A DNA stretch of 64,000 nucleotides. Source: Eledone cirrhosa. Its lineage: Eukaryota. Every line of letters begins with the position of its first letter. Position 1 is the first letter of the stretch. The notes beneath the pieces were generated by a model. That model was not told the origin of the DNA. It did not search any database and saw only the letters and a list, made by a program, of their open reading frames with translations. The position numbers and the translations under genes were made by a program. Where the stretch lies: assembly GCA_964016885.1 (NCBI GenBank), contig OZ024741.1:273234001-273298000 (forward strand). The letters are read 5' to 3'. Of the stretch, positions 1 through 13,708 are shown piece by piece.

Positions 1-850
1 TGTGGTTTGAGGTAGATTTGGCTGATATTTCTAACAGGTCTAGCTATCATGAACACACCTCTCTCATACATATATACATACATATATACATATATACATA
101 CATAAGATAAGGTGTTGTTTACCAGGTCAAGCGGAGAATCTTCCTGCTTTGTCTTGTTTTCTCTCAATAGCCATTCCACACATAGTTGTGGCAGAGTGAG
201 TAGAGATATAGCGTGTATTGAGGTATGTCTATGATAGTGAGACTTGATAAAGGACAAACTGGTTTATTTGTTTGGAGGTGGCTGAGGGAAGTACTAGCTT
301 TGGACTGCGGCCACGCTGGGGCATCACCTTCAAAGGCTTTTTAAGTCATGTTTTACACAGTAATTTTGAGTGAATTTATTTATATGCATTTTCGCTTATA
401 TGTGTATTACACACACACAAACACACACACACACACACATACATACATATGATGATGGCTGCAACTCAGTTTCAAGTAATGCCACCACTTGATACTTAAG
501 TATGAACATCACGGAAGTGGAGTTTTAATCATCCTAGGGACTGGCCTAGGGCCAGCAATGCCATGCGTCACAAAAAATGTCACATATCAAGCGATGCCTG
601 GGCTTGAAGCTTTTTTTAAGTGAGGAAAGGCTTTGCACGGAGTCAATCCCACTCTCTGAACATCAAATGCATTTGCCCAAAAAGAAGAACTCATCTACAT
701 CATTGGATACAAATGAAGTCGCAGGTTATATATCAGAGTGACCTTCTAGAGAGATGTCTTAATGAAGACTAGGAGTCTCTCACTCCACAATAAAATAAAA
801 GAAAACTTTATTGGATGGCCGTTGACTCTCCTGAGTTCCTCCGCACTTTG

Positions 851-958
<108 letters not shown>

Positions 959-1068
959 GGTATATTTTAAGGAGTTGGGACCCGTCGGCTGAGCTCTTGC
1001 CGTTTCAACAGTTAGTTCCAGACTAGCAGTTGAACCGGCAAGAGCTAAGCTGTCGTGTCCCGACTCGT

Positions 1069-1178
<110 letters not shown>

Positions 1179-1617
1179 TATGTATGGGGGGGGGGTATAT
1201 GTAGGTATGTATACATGCAAAAAGTAAATAGAATCAACAAAGCAAACAATACAATATAATTGTTTCTGCTTTTGGCACAAGGCCAGCAATTATCCCAGTG
1301 TATTACTGGTACTTTATTTCATCGACCCCGTAAGGATGAAAGGCAAAGTGAACCTCGGCGAGATTTGAACTCAGACTATAAAGAGGCGTAACTCTGTGCT
1401 GCAAAGCATGGCGTCCGACCTTATCCGTTTAACACTTGTTATAGTAAGAAAAGAGGCTTAACGTTGCGGACTCTAGTCCTTCATCCGAAGATAGAATGAG
1501 AAATAAAAGATGAAATAGAAAGATAAAGAGTGAGATGAGGAAGAAACGGAAAAATGTTTTTTTGGAGCACGTATGTCTGTCATTATATCAAACACACACA
1601 CACACACAAACAAACAA

Positions 1618-1659
<42 letters not shown>

Positions 1660-2282
1660 TTTATATATATATTCATTTTTATTAAGTCTAAATAGTGAGT
1701 CTTGTTACTCTGGAGTTTCGCTTGTTTTTGTCTGATGACCCTGTTATAAACAGGTGAAACTCCTCTGGGGAATTAACGATAAAATAAAGTACCAGTAAGG
1801 CACTGGGTTATTGCTGGCCTTGTGCCTAAAGTAGAAACAATTATTTAGCCTTAATAAAATGAATATTAAAACTCTACTACTTCGGTATTGAGTACACCTT
1901 TTTCTCATCCGCCAACCACATACGGATACACACATACCCACACATACATATTAATAGTTATGGGATTTTAACATCAAGTTACTGTTGGTTCACTAAAATA
2001 AGCACTCGATGTATAGTTTCCATTATGCACTTTATGATTGTACTGAGCAGATTGTACATGTTAAATTATTCTTTTCAATGATATGTATTCTCTATTCCTT
2101 TCGTAGACAAAATGTTTTTCACCCTGGTGGTATTCTATCCCCCCATAATTGAACACATACCTCTTTGTGTATTTTTCTCTATATACTGTCTTATATAGAG
2201 CCCGGAATCTATTCCTTGAGCTCATTAAATCATGGGGGATTAACGTGAGTCTTTAACTCCGTTTTTAAATTTGATATATATA

Positions 2283-2860
2283 TCGAAACCGATTCGGTAA
2301 AGGTAACTATAGTGAGTACAGTTAATTTTTTAAAATTTATTTTGAAACTTTTTCTTATTTGCTAAACCTTGATTATATATGTTCTGGCTCGTTAATTTAT
2401 TAACCTGCCATTGAACCACATTGGCATATGGTTGGACAATACATGTGTCCCTGGGCGCTTTTTGCGTGCAGGGATATATACTTTATTATTATTCTCCTCT
2501 TGGTCGAGAAAAAATTTGGTCGTTCTGACTGCTGCTAGTCATAGCGGGAGTAGACTGACTTCCCTGCCTTTGCTTCTATCTTTACACACGGCACTGGACG
2601 GAATTGAGGAGTCCACATCATTTATTCTCATCTCGGGAACAATTTTGAATAGCGCCAGTTCGTAATTTGAACTCGGGAATTTTATATTCTCCGAGTGAAA
2701 AGATCCTTCTGACGAGAGTTTATCTTTGCAATAGATGGCCGTAAGGAATGTCAATTTATTTTTGAGACTCGAAACCGATTCGGTAAAGGTAACTATAGTG
2801 AGTACAGTTAATTTTTTAAAATTTATTTTGAAACTTTTTCTTATTTGCTAAACCTTGATT
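2283..2860 (+). mobile_element. Retrozyme-like / Penelope pseudo-LTR unit with ~90-bp direct terminal repeats
   Basis: 2283-2374 is repeated at 2769-2860 and carries the HHR 3' half; the two cleavage-site positions are 486 bp apart; flanked by (TA)n. Confidence 0.6.
2705..2789 (+). ncRNA. Type I hammerhead ribozyme, intact core
   Basis: cctt-CTGACGA-gagttt..(long loop)..agactc-GAAA-ccg att cgg-TA-aagg: stems I, II and III pair; GUA cleavage triplet. Confidence 0.75.
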
Positions 2861-2861
2861 T

Positions 2862-2917
<56 letters not shown>

Positions 2918-2919
<2 letters not shown>

Positions 2920-3106
2920 CGAAGGAAATGTGGTAAGGAACCAGGTGGACCATAACGCACCAAAGTACTCAATACTTAGGGTAGTAGAGTGGGTAATAGG
3001 AACAAGTAAGACCCCGACGGCTGAGCTCAAGCCGTTTCGACGGCTAATTCTGTACAGAATTAGCCGTCGAAACGGCTTGAGCTCAGCCGTCGGGGTCTTA
3101 CTTGTT

Positions 3107-3110
<4 letters not shown>
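2918..3110. mobile_element. Family B fold-back repeat inside (TA)n
   Basis: Perfect palindrome centred at ~3054 (aattctgtacagaatt); carries GAAA-cggc..gccg-TC-ggggtc, an HHR 3' half. Confidence 0.75.
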
Positions 3111-3194
<84 letters not shown>

Positions 3195-3571
3195 TATATA
3201 ACTTTAACTTTGATAACTTTGATAGGTTTCGGCCAGTTGGCCCAGGCCATGTCTAACTTAATAGCACCACCTGGCGAAGTCTTACAAATCAGTGTTTGGG
3301 CACCATGGCCCACTCGAGCAGAGAGTTATTGTTTATGGAGGCATATCCGGCTGTAGGAGGCTTATCCGGGATTTCTTGAAGGAATTTAATCAAAGACTTC
3401 TTGAACTCGATGGGGTCTGTCTGTGCTTTGATGTGTTTTGGTGTAATGTTAAAGAGTGTAGGGCCAATTGAGGTGAAATAATTGTGCCGTATTGTTGTTA
3501 TGTGATGCGAGTGGGATTTTTGTCCTGGGCGGATAGCACGGGGCCCAAGCCTTGGGTGTACACTAAAGATG

Positions 3572-3600
<29 letters not shown>

Positions 3601-3608
<8 letters not shown>

Positions 3609-4368
3609 GATCGAGTATCGAAAAATCGGCGCACTAGTTCACGATAAACAATATTCGAAATGAGCGGCAGAGGGCTCAATAATTCAGATGAATCAGAGCT
3701 ATAGCTATCGTTAAAATACCGTCACACATAGAACAAGTCTAAAATCAACCAACGATAAAAAATCGATAATAGAAGATTCGGGACAAACAGATAAAAAATA
3801 TCAATAAAACAATACATCAATAATTTAACTGAATGTAAAATCATACCCGGACCCACTAGAAAGGTGTTAAATCTAGCTTCTTGGATTTCTGTAAATCCTT
3901 AGACTATACTCTATCAACTCACATATAAATATATAAGGCTTCTAGAGCAAGCGGAATGGAAGTTTACTTCATCAACGAGCTTTTTCCTAGCGGATAAGAG
4001 GCTAACTACAAGCGAAATACGCACATGGAATCCGGCAAGGGAGATAACCTCTACATCCGCGAAAACTATTCGAGGAAATGTGGAAATACACATATCGAAT
4101 AAGAGTGCTCAATAGACATGTTAAAATAAAACAGGAGCTATTCATCACTCAATAGAATCGACAAAAAATGAGCAATAAAATTAACTGGTGGATAGCTATG
4201 TCCAGAGCTAAAAATATTAGAAAGATCGAGTATCGAAAAATCGGCGCACGAGTTCACGATAAACAAGATTCGAAATGAGCGGCAGAGGGCTCAATAATTC
4301 AGATGAATCAGAGCTATAACTATCGTTAAAATACCGTCACACATAGAACAAGTCTATAATCAACCAAC
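3601..4368. repeat. Element with ~150-bp direct terminal repeats (period 615 bp) inside (TA)n
   Basis: 3601-3752 is nearly identical to 4216-4368. Confidence 0.75.
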
Positions 4369-4550
4369 CAATATATATATATATAGACAGTCGATCGGCG
4401 AGATACTTGGCCTCATTCGCTTACCGAGTGGGGTGGAACTCGTCCAATCAAACCGAGGAAACAATGTTTCCATTGGTCTTTCCAATTTCTAATACTATCT
4501 GTCGGTCGCAAATCCAGGCATATATGTATATATATATATATATGTATATA

Positions 4551-4707
<157 letters not shown>

Positions 4708-4731
4708 ACATACATATATATATACATATAC

Positions 4732-4802
<71 letters not shown>

Positions 4803-4819
4803 CACATACATACATACAT

Positions 4820-4899
<80 letters not shown>

Positions 4900-4987
4900 T
4901 AAAATAACAGATTAAAGTTTAAGCAAAGAATCGCTGCTCTCACCCTTAACGGGATCTTCTGAAACTAAAAAAAAATCAATCTGTGAA

Positions 4988-5041
<54 letters not shown>

Positions 5042-5380
5042 ATATGTTTGAATATGTATCAATGTTTGAATATGTATTGGTATGTCTCTCGGCTGAAAAG
5101 GAGGTCATATAACTGTCCATGCATTAATAAATTGCTCCGAAGAATCCAAACCTCGGTTTGGAGGAAACAGCTGTAAGCACAATAATGTTTTGAACAGTTC
5201 TTTGATTCTTATATTTCATATAACTGCTCTGTAAATCATCTGATGTTTTTACATTGAGCTACTTAACTTACTGGTAATAAGGTAGTAATACATTACTGCC
5301 TACCACTATTTAGGGTGTGTGTAAAATACTTACAACTGCTTAAGGTTTTGTGTTTACATAACCATAAATAGTATAACTAA

Positions 5381-5419
<39 letters not shown>

Positions 5420-5754
5420 TATATACATTTATATATATCTACATATATATATATACATATATATATACATATATATATATACATATATATACATACATAT
5501 ATATATACATACATATATACATATATACACATATATATATATATAAACATATATACACACATACATATATATATATATATACACATGATGATGATGGCTG
5601 CCCCCTCGTTATCGAGTATAGCCATTGCACGATATACCATTGTTAATAATTATTTATTAATTCTATCGTGCAATGCCTGTGCGTGAAGATATTTTTTAAA
5701 GTGAGGAAAGACTGTGCACTGAGCCAATCCCACTCTCTGAGCGACAGTAGCTAT

Positions 5755-6198
5755 AACCCGGGTCACTCTTGAGTGCTATTGGTAACATGTTACCCAGTAC
5801 AACCTGTCACATGGTCGAGTCGTCGGTGACTAAACCGGCAACCCTCACCAAGTTTACTTGGCAAGCAGGGTGATTTTGGACACCCTGCAGGACAAAAAAC
5901 AAAACTTGACAAAGGGCGGAAGAGCTCATAAGAGTCAACGGCCACCCAAAAGTGTGTAAATATGTATATACACATGTACATATGTATGTATATGTATATG
6001 TGTATATACATGGGTGCATGTGTATGTATATGTGCGGGGACATAGAAATAGTCGAGGTGGACACCCGACCACGTGGTTAAACAACTGGGAGTGAAGTACT
6101 CCTAGCCTTTGTCAGGGCATTCTTCTAGGAGAAGGCAACTCAGGAAACTGGGATAACTCCGATATAAAACCTGCGGCTCAGTAGTTACCGATGATGTT
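5755..6198 (+). repeat. Interspersed repeat family (copies at 21632-21740 and 27882-28170)
   Basis: Shared gggtgattttggacaccctgcaggac...aagagtcaacggccac and tagcctttgtca.ggca..ttctaggagaagg blocks. Confidence 0.7.
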
Positions 6199-6201
6199 GA
6201 T

Positions 6202-6328
<127 letters not shown>

Positions 6329-6616
6329 ATATATATATATATATATATATAAATATAGTTTTAAATAAAGTTTTAATTAAAGTTTTAAAGGCTATCTATA
6401 TCTCTCATTCATTTCTCCTCCTCTCTCATCCTTCCTTCTTATATTCCTCCCCCGTCATCCTTTATTTTCTTTCTTCCTCTTCCTTACCTTTTCCTCTCGA
6501 CACCTCCTTTTTTTTTTTATCCCCAATCTCATATATCCATCTTACTTTATTTTTCATATGTAGATTTAACACTTCACTGCTCGCAAGTGTTTTTTAAGCT
6601 TCATATCATGTCTCCC

Positions 6617-6688
6617 TATTTTATCTGATGAGAACGCAGATATCATCCCATGATGATATTTGTTTCTGAAATGACGCATAATAAAATA
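6617..6688 (+). ncRNA. Type I hammerhead, family C
   Basis: tattttat-CTGATGA-long stem II-GAAA-tgacgca-TA-ataaaata; 8-bp stem I. Confidence 0.65.
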
Positions 6689-6895
6689 CATGGAACTCTT
6701 TTAACCATCTTTTGATCTTATATTATTTATACTCCTTACGGGGTCGATAAAATAAAGTACCAGTAATGCACTGGGTAATTGCTAGCCTTGTGCCTAAAGT
6801 AGAAACAATTATTTATACTCCAGTACTATAAACTGTGGAGTGCTACTTATCCGATATTTGCATTGCTTTATTGTGCTACAATAAAACTTACCTCC

Positions 6896-7041
<146 letters not shown>

Positions 7042-7206
7042 GAATTGGTGCTCTGAAATAGCTATATATATATGAATGTATATATAGTGTATTTTGCAAT
7101 ACACTGTATGCTTAATTAAAAGCATTTCGAAGACCTTATGCTGATTATTTACTAGAATTCTATAAGAACCAAACATCCATGATATCAGCAAACAGGAGGA
7201 GTAGTT

Positions 7207-7251
7207 GGCTTTGATAAGCATCAATAAATGCGAAACAAGACCTTGTCAGCT
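7207..7251 (+). ncRNA. Type I hammerhead ribozyme, U3-A8 core variant
   Basis: ggct-TTGATAA-gcat caataa atgc-GAAA-caa gacc ttg-TC-agct: all three stems pair; GUC triplet. Confidence 0.75.
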
Positions 7252-7413
7252 TTATCTCCCCTGTTTGCTGAAAATTAAAGTAAGTGAGTCTGTCACTACT
7301 CTAAAACAATAGCATAAGATCTTCGAAATGCTTTTAATTAAGCATACAGTGTATTGCAAAATAAACTATATATACATTCATATATATATAGCTATTTCAG
7401 AGCACCAATTCTA

Positions 7414-7525
<112 letters not shown>

Positions 7526-7749
7526 TATATATAGTATATATATATAGTATATTTCACCTGTATGTTTACTATCTTTAGAATGTCATCAGGCAGTCTTGTT
7601 ATCAGTTTTCATCAGGTTATGTGTCTGATGACCTTGTAGACACACCAACGAAATTCAAGAACAACCGGACATTAGCCCAGCCTTAATAAAACTATTTATG
7701 TCTACTATACTATTGTGTACTGATTTACTGATTCTCATGACCGTCGATA

Positions 7750-7839
<90 letters not shown>

Positions 7840-8157
7840 ACATGGCGTGCTGAGAGGTTGCAAATGGGTTACATATGAATAAATGTAGTCCTTCATCAGT
7901 GATCTTCCAACCTTCATTGGTATTTCATCGTTTTAAAGACAATATACCTCCGGTTGGTGCGAGCAACGGCTAAAGAAAGTCGTTGGAAAACGTAAATAGA
8001 GGAAACGAGCGAGACAGTAAACAATCAAAGATGGTAATGCAACGAAAAGTGAGGAAGAAGGAGTCAAGTCCCTGAAATCGATGAACATAAGTTCTGTGAA
8101 ATCGTGGACGAGAGAGAATAAAGACCATCCGACCTGGTCGAAGTGTGCGTGAGGAAA

Positions 8158-8199
<42 letters not shown>

Positions 8200-8274
8200 A
8201 TAATAATAAATTTGAAGACTAAAATCCAAAGAGGGCTCGATAAGGATAAATATATATCAAATATATAAGAACCG

Positions 8275-8324
<50 letters not shown>

Positions 8325-8329
<5 letters not shown>

Positions 8330-10240
8330 AAAATTGAACGGGAACAAAACAGAGAGGCAGTACGAACAAAGGTTTATTAATTTCACGCTCTTGAGAGTGG
8401 GGTGGTGATGGGGAACGACATTTCGGGCATAAGCCCTTCTTCACGTGAAAAGGTGTGGGAAGAGAGTTCCAAGGGTGTGTAGGGGAGTGGTGGAGAGACA
8501 TATAGAAAAAAGGGGGTGAGAGGAAACGGTACAAATGAAATTAAATATAAAGGCATGATCAAAATAAAATTAAAAATACACATGGAGTAAAACAGGTGGT
8601 GGAAGGGTGTGGGGCGTGTAGGGGTGGTGGCGGGTGGAGTGGGGAGAAGGAGACGGGGTGTCCGAGCGGGGAGGGCTGAAGGTGGTGTGTGTGTGTGTGT
8701 AGGTGTACGTGTGTGTGTGTGTGTGTGTATTTGAAAGTAAGAGTTGGGGGAAGAACGGGGTTGCATGTTCAGGAAGAGGTGTGTGTGGGGTGGGGTGTAG
8801 GTCGGAGTGTGTGTGCGTGTGTGGATAGAGGGGTGGGGGAGAGGATTCCGGAGGCTGAATGTGTAAATATGTGGTGGTACGCACGTGTGTGTGTGGTGTT
8901 TATGCGTGTTGTGGATGTAGGCGGCGTGTGGGAAAAAAAATTGTTTTGGGTGTATGTGTGGGGGTGAGTCGTAAAGGTAATTCCGTAAAAAGATGTGGTG
9001 GAATGCTGAGTAAAATCCTTGGGATGCGGTAGATTCTCGTGATCAAGGTTCACATATGTGTAATCCGTGAAGAGATTGGTCGGAAGAGGGGAGATGTGGG
9101 GTGCGCGCGCAACAGGAAGTGGTCAGAGGGTCAAGGCAGGAGGAGGGTTGTGTGTCTGTGTGTGCGGGGAGGTGGTCAGAGAGGCATAGCAGCAGTAGGG
9201 TAGAATGGTAAGTGAAGAAAGTCGGTGTGTCAGTGTGTGCGGAGGTGCGGTGGACAGGGGAGAGGATGGGTAGGTGTGAAAGATGGAGTGAGGAGGGTGT
9301 GTGTGTGTATTAGTAGAGGTGTTAGTGGGATGTGTGAGTGTTTGAGAAAGGGTGTGGGTGGAGCGGGGAGAGAAGGGTTTGGGCGCCGATGGAGGGAGTG
9401 TAGTGTACTGGTGTGTGGTGAAGGGGGTGTTAGTGGGTGTTAGTATACTTGAGGTGGAGAAAGGGTTGAATGCGGGTGTGAGTGGGGGTCAGTGGTGGTA
9501 GGGTGTGTAGAGTGGGTGGTGTAAGAGGGTGTGTGTGTTCGTGTGCGTAGGGTTTGGGGGGTGTTAGTGATGTTAGTTGCGTGTAGAGTGGGTGGTGTAA
9601 GTGGGTGGGTGTGTTCGTGTGCTTGGGGTCAGGGGGTGTTAGTGATGTTAGTTGCGGGGTGGTGGGGTGGATGTGTGGGGGGTGAGGGTTAGTGGTGGTA
9701 GTAGGGTGTGTGTTTAGTGTGAGCGCGTGTATATATGTACCGGTGGGTGTGTGCGTGTGATAAGGAGGGGGAGAAGGGAGGGATGTTAGTATGTTAGTTG
9801 GGGAAGGGTGGTCGCATGTGGGGTGGAGGTGTTAGTATTGTTAGTTGTGGGGTGGGCGGTGAAAAGGAGGGGTGTGTTAGTGGTGTTAGTGGGGGATATG
9901 TGTGGGGGGAGGGGGCGGTCGAAGGCTAAAGGAATAAGGGTGGGGAGTTCATGCCGGGGGGAGTGTGGGTCTGTAGGGTGAAGATGGTTCGTTGTTCGAC
10001 CCTTAGGAGATTGGCGGGTGTTCCGTGGCATTGGAGTAGGCCACAGACTGTGAGGTGGTGTGCGGAATGTCCAGGGGCACCAAAGTAGCGGGCGATGGGG
10101 GAACTACCACCGAGACGAATATCCCGGGGGTGCTCAGTAAATCTGTCCGCCAGGCGACGTCCAGTCTGTCCGACGTAAGTCGCGCTGCACTCCGTGCAGC
10201 CAATTCCGTAGACTAGGTTGGAGGAGGTGCAGGAACGATT
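8325..10240 (-). mobile_element. C/A-skewed repeat ending in a mutated hammerhead; second copy at 13865-14670 (+)
   Basis: The two copies align in inverted orientation over ~800 bp. The terminal motif (C/G)(T/C)GAAGA-a-gggc ttat gccc-GAAA-yg-TC lies at 8415-8446 (-) and 14554-14585 (+). Confidence 0.55.
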
Positions 10241-10436
10241 AGGACCCCGACGGCTGAGCTCAAGCCGTTTCGACGGCTAATTCTGGACTAAATGCCATTT
10301 AGTCCAGAATTAGCCGTCGAAACGGCTTGAGCTCAGCCGTCGGGGTCTTACTGGTTCCTATTACCCACTCTACTACCCTAAGTATTGAGTACTTTGGTGC
10401 GTTATGGTCCACCTGGTTCCTTACCACATTTCCTTC

Positions 10437-10438
<2 letters not shown>
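10241..10438. mobile_element. Family B fold-back repeat
   Basis: Palindrome centre ~10295; near-identical to the 2918 copy. Confidence 0.75.
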
Positions 10439-10477
<39 letters not shown>

Positions 10478-10589
10478 GGAGTCATATATATATATGAAAG
10501 GAGTAAAAGGTAAACAGATATAACAACACAATCGGTACAGTATATGGAAGGGATATATTAGGTTAACGCTTGATATAGCAGGAAGAGGG

Positions 10590-10625
10590 TCTTAACGTTT
10601 CGGACGCTAGTCCTTCGTCAGAAGA
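10590..10625 (-). ncRNA. Minimal type I hammerhead (dimer type)
   Basis: Reverse complement reads tctt-CTGACGA-a-ggac tagc gtcc-GAAA-cg-TT-aaga; palindromic ACGT stem III; extra A after A9. Confidence 0.65.
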
Positions 10626-11056
10626 AAGAATGAGAAATAAGATAGATTGAGCTGCGGATCGATGTCCTGTTTTAAGCGACGAAACATCTATGATCCGCAG
10701 TAAACAGCTGATGAAGGCCAACTTTTCTTCTCTTGTTTACGTCCCTATTACCATCTTACACTATATATATATATTAGAAAATAGAATAGCTTTCACCGTA
10801 TTTTTGACTAAAGAAATTTTAGCCTGATAATGGGGTTTAGAGCCCTCAGATAAATGGAAAAAGATGAGTATTGACTCCCATGTACGTCAATACTCATCTT
10901 TTCCCATTTATCTGAGGGTTCTAAACCCCATTATCAGGCTAAAATTTCTTTAGTCAAAAATACGGTGAAAGCTATTCTATTTCGTAATATCAAACGTGCT
11001 CACTGTTTCAAAACATACTTACTTGTCATATATATATATATATATACACACACACG

Positions 11057-11129
<73 letters not shown>

Positions 11130-11720
11130 ATGTATGTATTTATATATCCGTATGTGGTTGTCGGCTGAGAGAAAAGAGTACTCAATACCGAAGTAGAGTT
11201 TTAATATTCATTTTATCAAGGTTAAATAGTGAGCCTCGTTACTCTGGAGTTTCACCTGTTTATCACAGAGTCATCGGTCTGATGTAGATATCATATGGTA
11301 TATTATATTGAGATGGTATTTATGTAATATACCAGGAAGACAAATAAATTTCGAGGCTTGTCCGGCCGCTCCTCTTTGCACTGGTCGCCGTCAAAAACTC
11401 AGATGTCCTCGGACCCCGTACAGCCCAGCTCCTCTGTAAATTCGGAACGTCTGCAGCCCGTCTGAGAAAGGAGCTCCATGAGGTGGGGTATCGCTGGTCA
11501 TTGTCCGCTGAAATGCCTTTGTCCACCGAGCGCAGCCGAAACACCGCTCTGACCTAGGTGTTGAGTCTGTCACTCTCTCTTCTACCTCCTTTCTTTCTTT
11601 CGTTGCCTGATAATCCTTGTTTTTCTCCTCAATTACCTCTCATTTATAGTCCATTCCAATACTACTTGCTATTTTGTCCGCAGGGTGCAGCCGAAACACC
11701 ACTCTGACCTAGGTGTAGAG

Positions 11721-11986
11721 CAGGCATGGTCACTTTTTTTGAGAAGTGGGCCGCATGAGATATGGCTCATCATCAGTGCCCACATTAAAATTAAAAGGGC
11801 GGTAACTCAGGTTGTTTTGATTTGTTTCTTCAGAATTCCTACACGTTGTTTTCCTCCATCGTAAAAATTAACAGAAAGATAAATTACGACTGAAAAGTTG
11901 GGGTAAAATAAATCAGAAAGATTTCACTTAAGTGACTTAGGCGAGCCATTCAGAAAGCTTCGCGGGCCGCAGGTTGCCCATGATTG
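11721..11986. mobile_element. hAT-type MITE, 266 bp, with an 8-bp TSD
   Basis: gtgtagag is duplicated at 11713-11720 and 11987-11994; imperfect CA..catgg TIRs with internal gggccgca motifs; a paralogous empty site lies at ~11557. Confidence 0.75.
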
Positions 11987-12842
11987 GTGTAGAGTCTGTC
12001 ATCCTTTCCCCTCCTCCTTTCTATCTTTCGTTGCTTAACAACCCTTGCCATTTCCCTCCTTTTCCTCTTATTGATAGAATTTATAGTCCTTTTCAATACT
12101 GCTTTCTTTTTCTATATGTTTGACTAAATATCAAATTATTCATTATTGTTATGTAATTTTATACTAGAAATATATTTCAGTATTTTGAAATAAAGTTTTT
12201 ATATATAAATAAAAAGAAGAATATCATATTGAGATAACACATGTGTAAATCAAGTACCCACGGGTCTTGAATAATAGCCCCCAACCCTCGCTTTTTAATT
12301 TTTCAGATTTTTTCCAGCCCGCCACCCCCGCTTATTAAATTTTGCTAACTTATCTTCGGTGAAATATTATTTTAAGTGGTAGCATTCCTGCCACAATTAA
12401 TTTTCTTTAGGCATTAAGAAACATTATACATGACAAAAAGAATACATTACTAGAAATTCCATAGGTTATAAAATAAATGGGGTGGGTTGGGGTCTCAATA
12501 TGTAAAGTAAACGACTAAATCTGTTTTGTTTTTTTTTAAATTAACGGAGACAACCTAGAAAAATTACCGATTTTCCGACTCTCCTGCTTTTTCCAGCTCC
12601 CCCGCTTTTTCCAACCCATTTGGGACCCGAGACTAGGACTTTTTAAATACGATGACATTGAAATCGATAAAGCCATTACCCGACTCACAGAACAATGACC
12701 CCTAACAAAAGCCCTATATATAAACATAGTCTTACTTTATAATTACACACATACACGCCCCCCCCCCCCCCTCACATATATATTGATGTCTTATTAAATC
12801 TAGAACATTGCTTGTTACGATGTCAATTAATCTCTCTCTCTT

Positions 12843-12886
<44 letters not shown>

Positions 12887-12917
12887 GCTCTCTCTCTCTC
12901 TATATATATATATTGTT

Positions 12918-12974
<57 letters not shown>

Positions 12975-13179
12975 TATGTATACGTACATACATATATGTA
13001 TACAGACGTACAGTAGTATGTATATATATATATATACATACATGGACACATATATATATGTACGTATGGATTCACCGAATATTTATTATAATGCTCGTTT
13101 CATTTTTTTCCGTTTATATATATATATATTTATATGTTCGTAACTGCACTCCTTGTTATTGTTTTTGTTTTTCACTTTG

Positions 13180-13243
<64 letters not shown>

Positions 13244-13550
13244 GGAGGTGAGTTTTATTGTAGTACAATAAAGCAATGCATAATTTATACATTATCTTCC
13301 AACGGTTTTCAACCTCTATGTAAAACAATATATCTTCTCTCAGTTATAAAAACTATCTCTTTCTCTCTATCACCCATCTCTCCCTCTCCACCTTCACTCT
13401 CATCTCCTCCCTTTTTTCATCCTTTCCACCCCCCCTCTCTAAATAAAATATTTTTCCCAATATCACACATCAATCTAAAACTACTTTTCATATGTTGATT
13501 TAAAACTGCACTATCCACAAGTGTTTTTTAGCCTTCATATCATGTCCTCC

Positions 13551-13621
13551 TGTTTTATCTGATGAAAACACAAATATTATTGCATGATGATGTTTGTTTT
13601 TGAAATGCGCATAATAAAATA
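13551..13621 (+). ncRNA. Type I hammerhead, family C
   Basis: tgttttat-CTGATGA-stem II-GAAA-tgcgca-TA-ataaaata; palindromic stem III (ATGCGCAT). Confidence 0.65.
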
Positions 13622-13651
13622 CATGGAACTCCTTTAACCATCTTTTGATCT

Positions 13652-13708
<57 letters not shown>

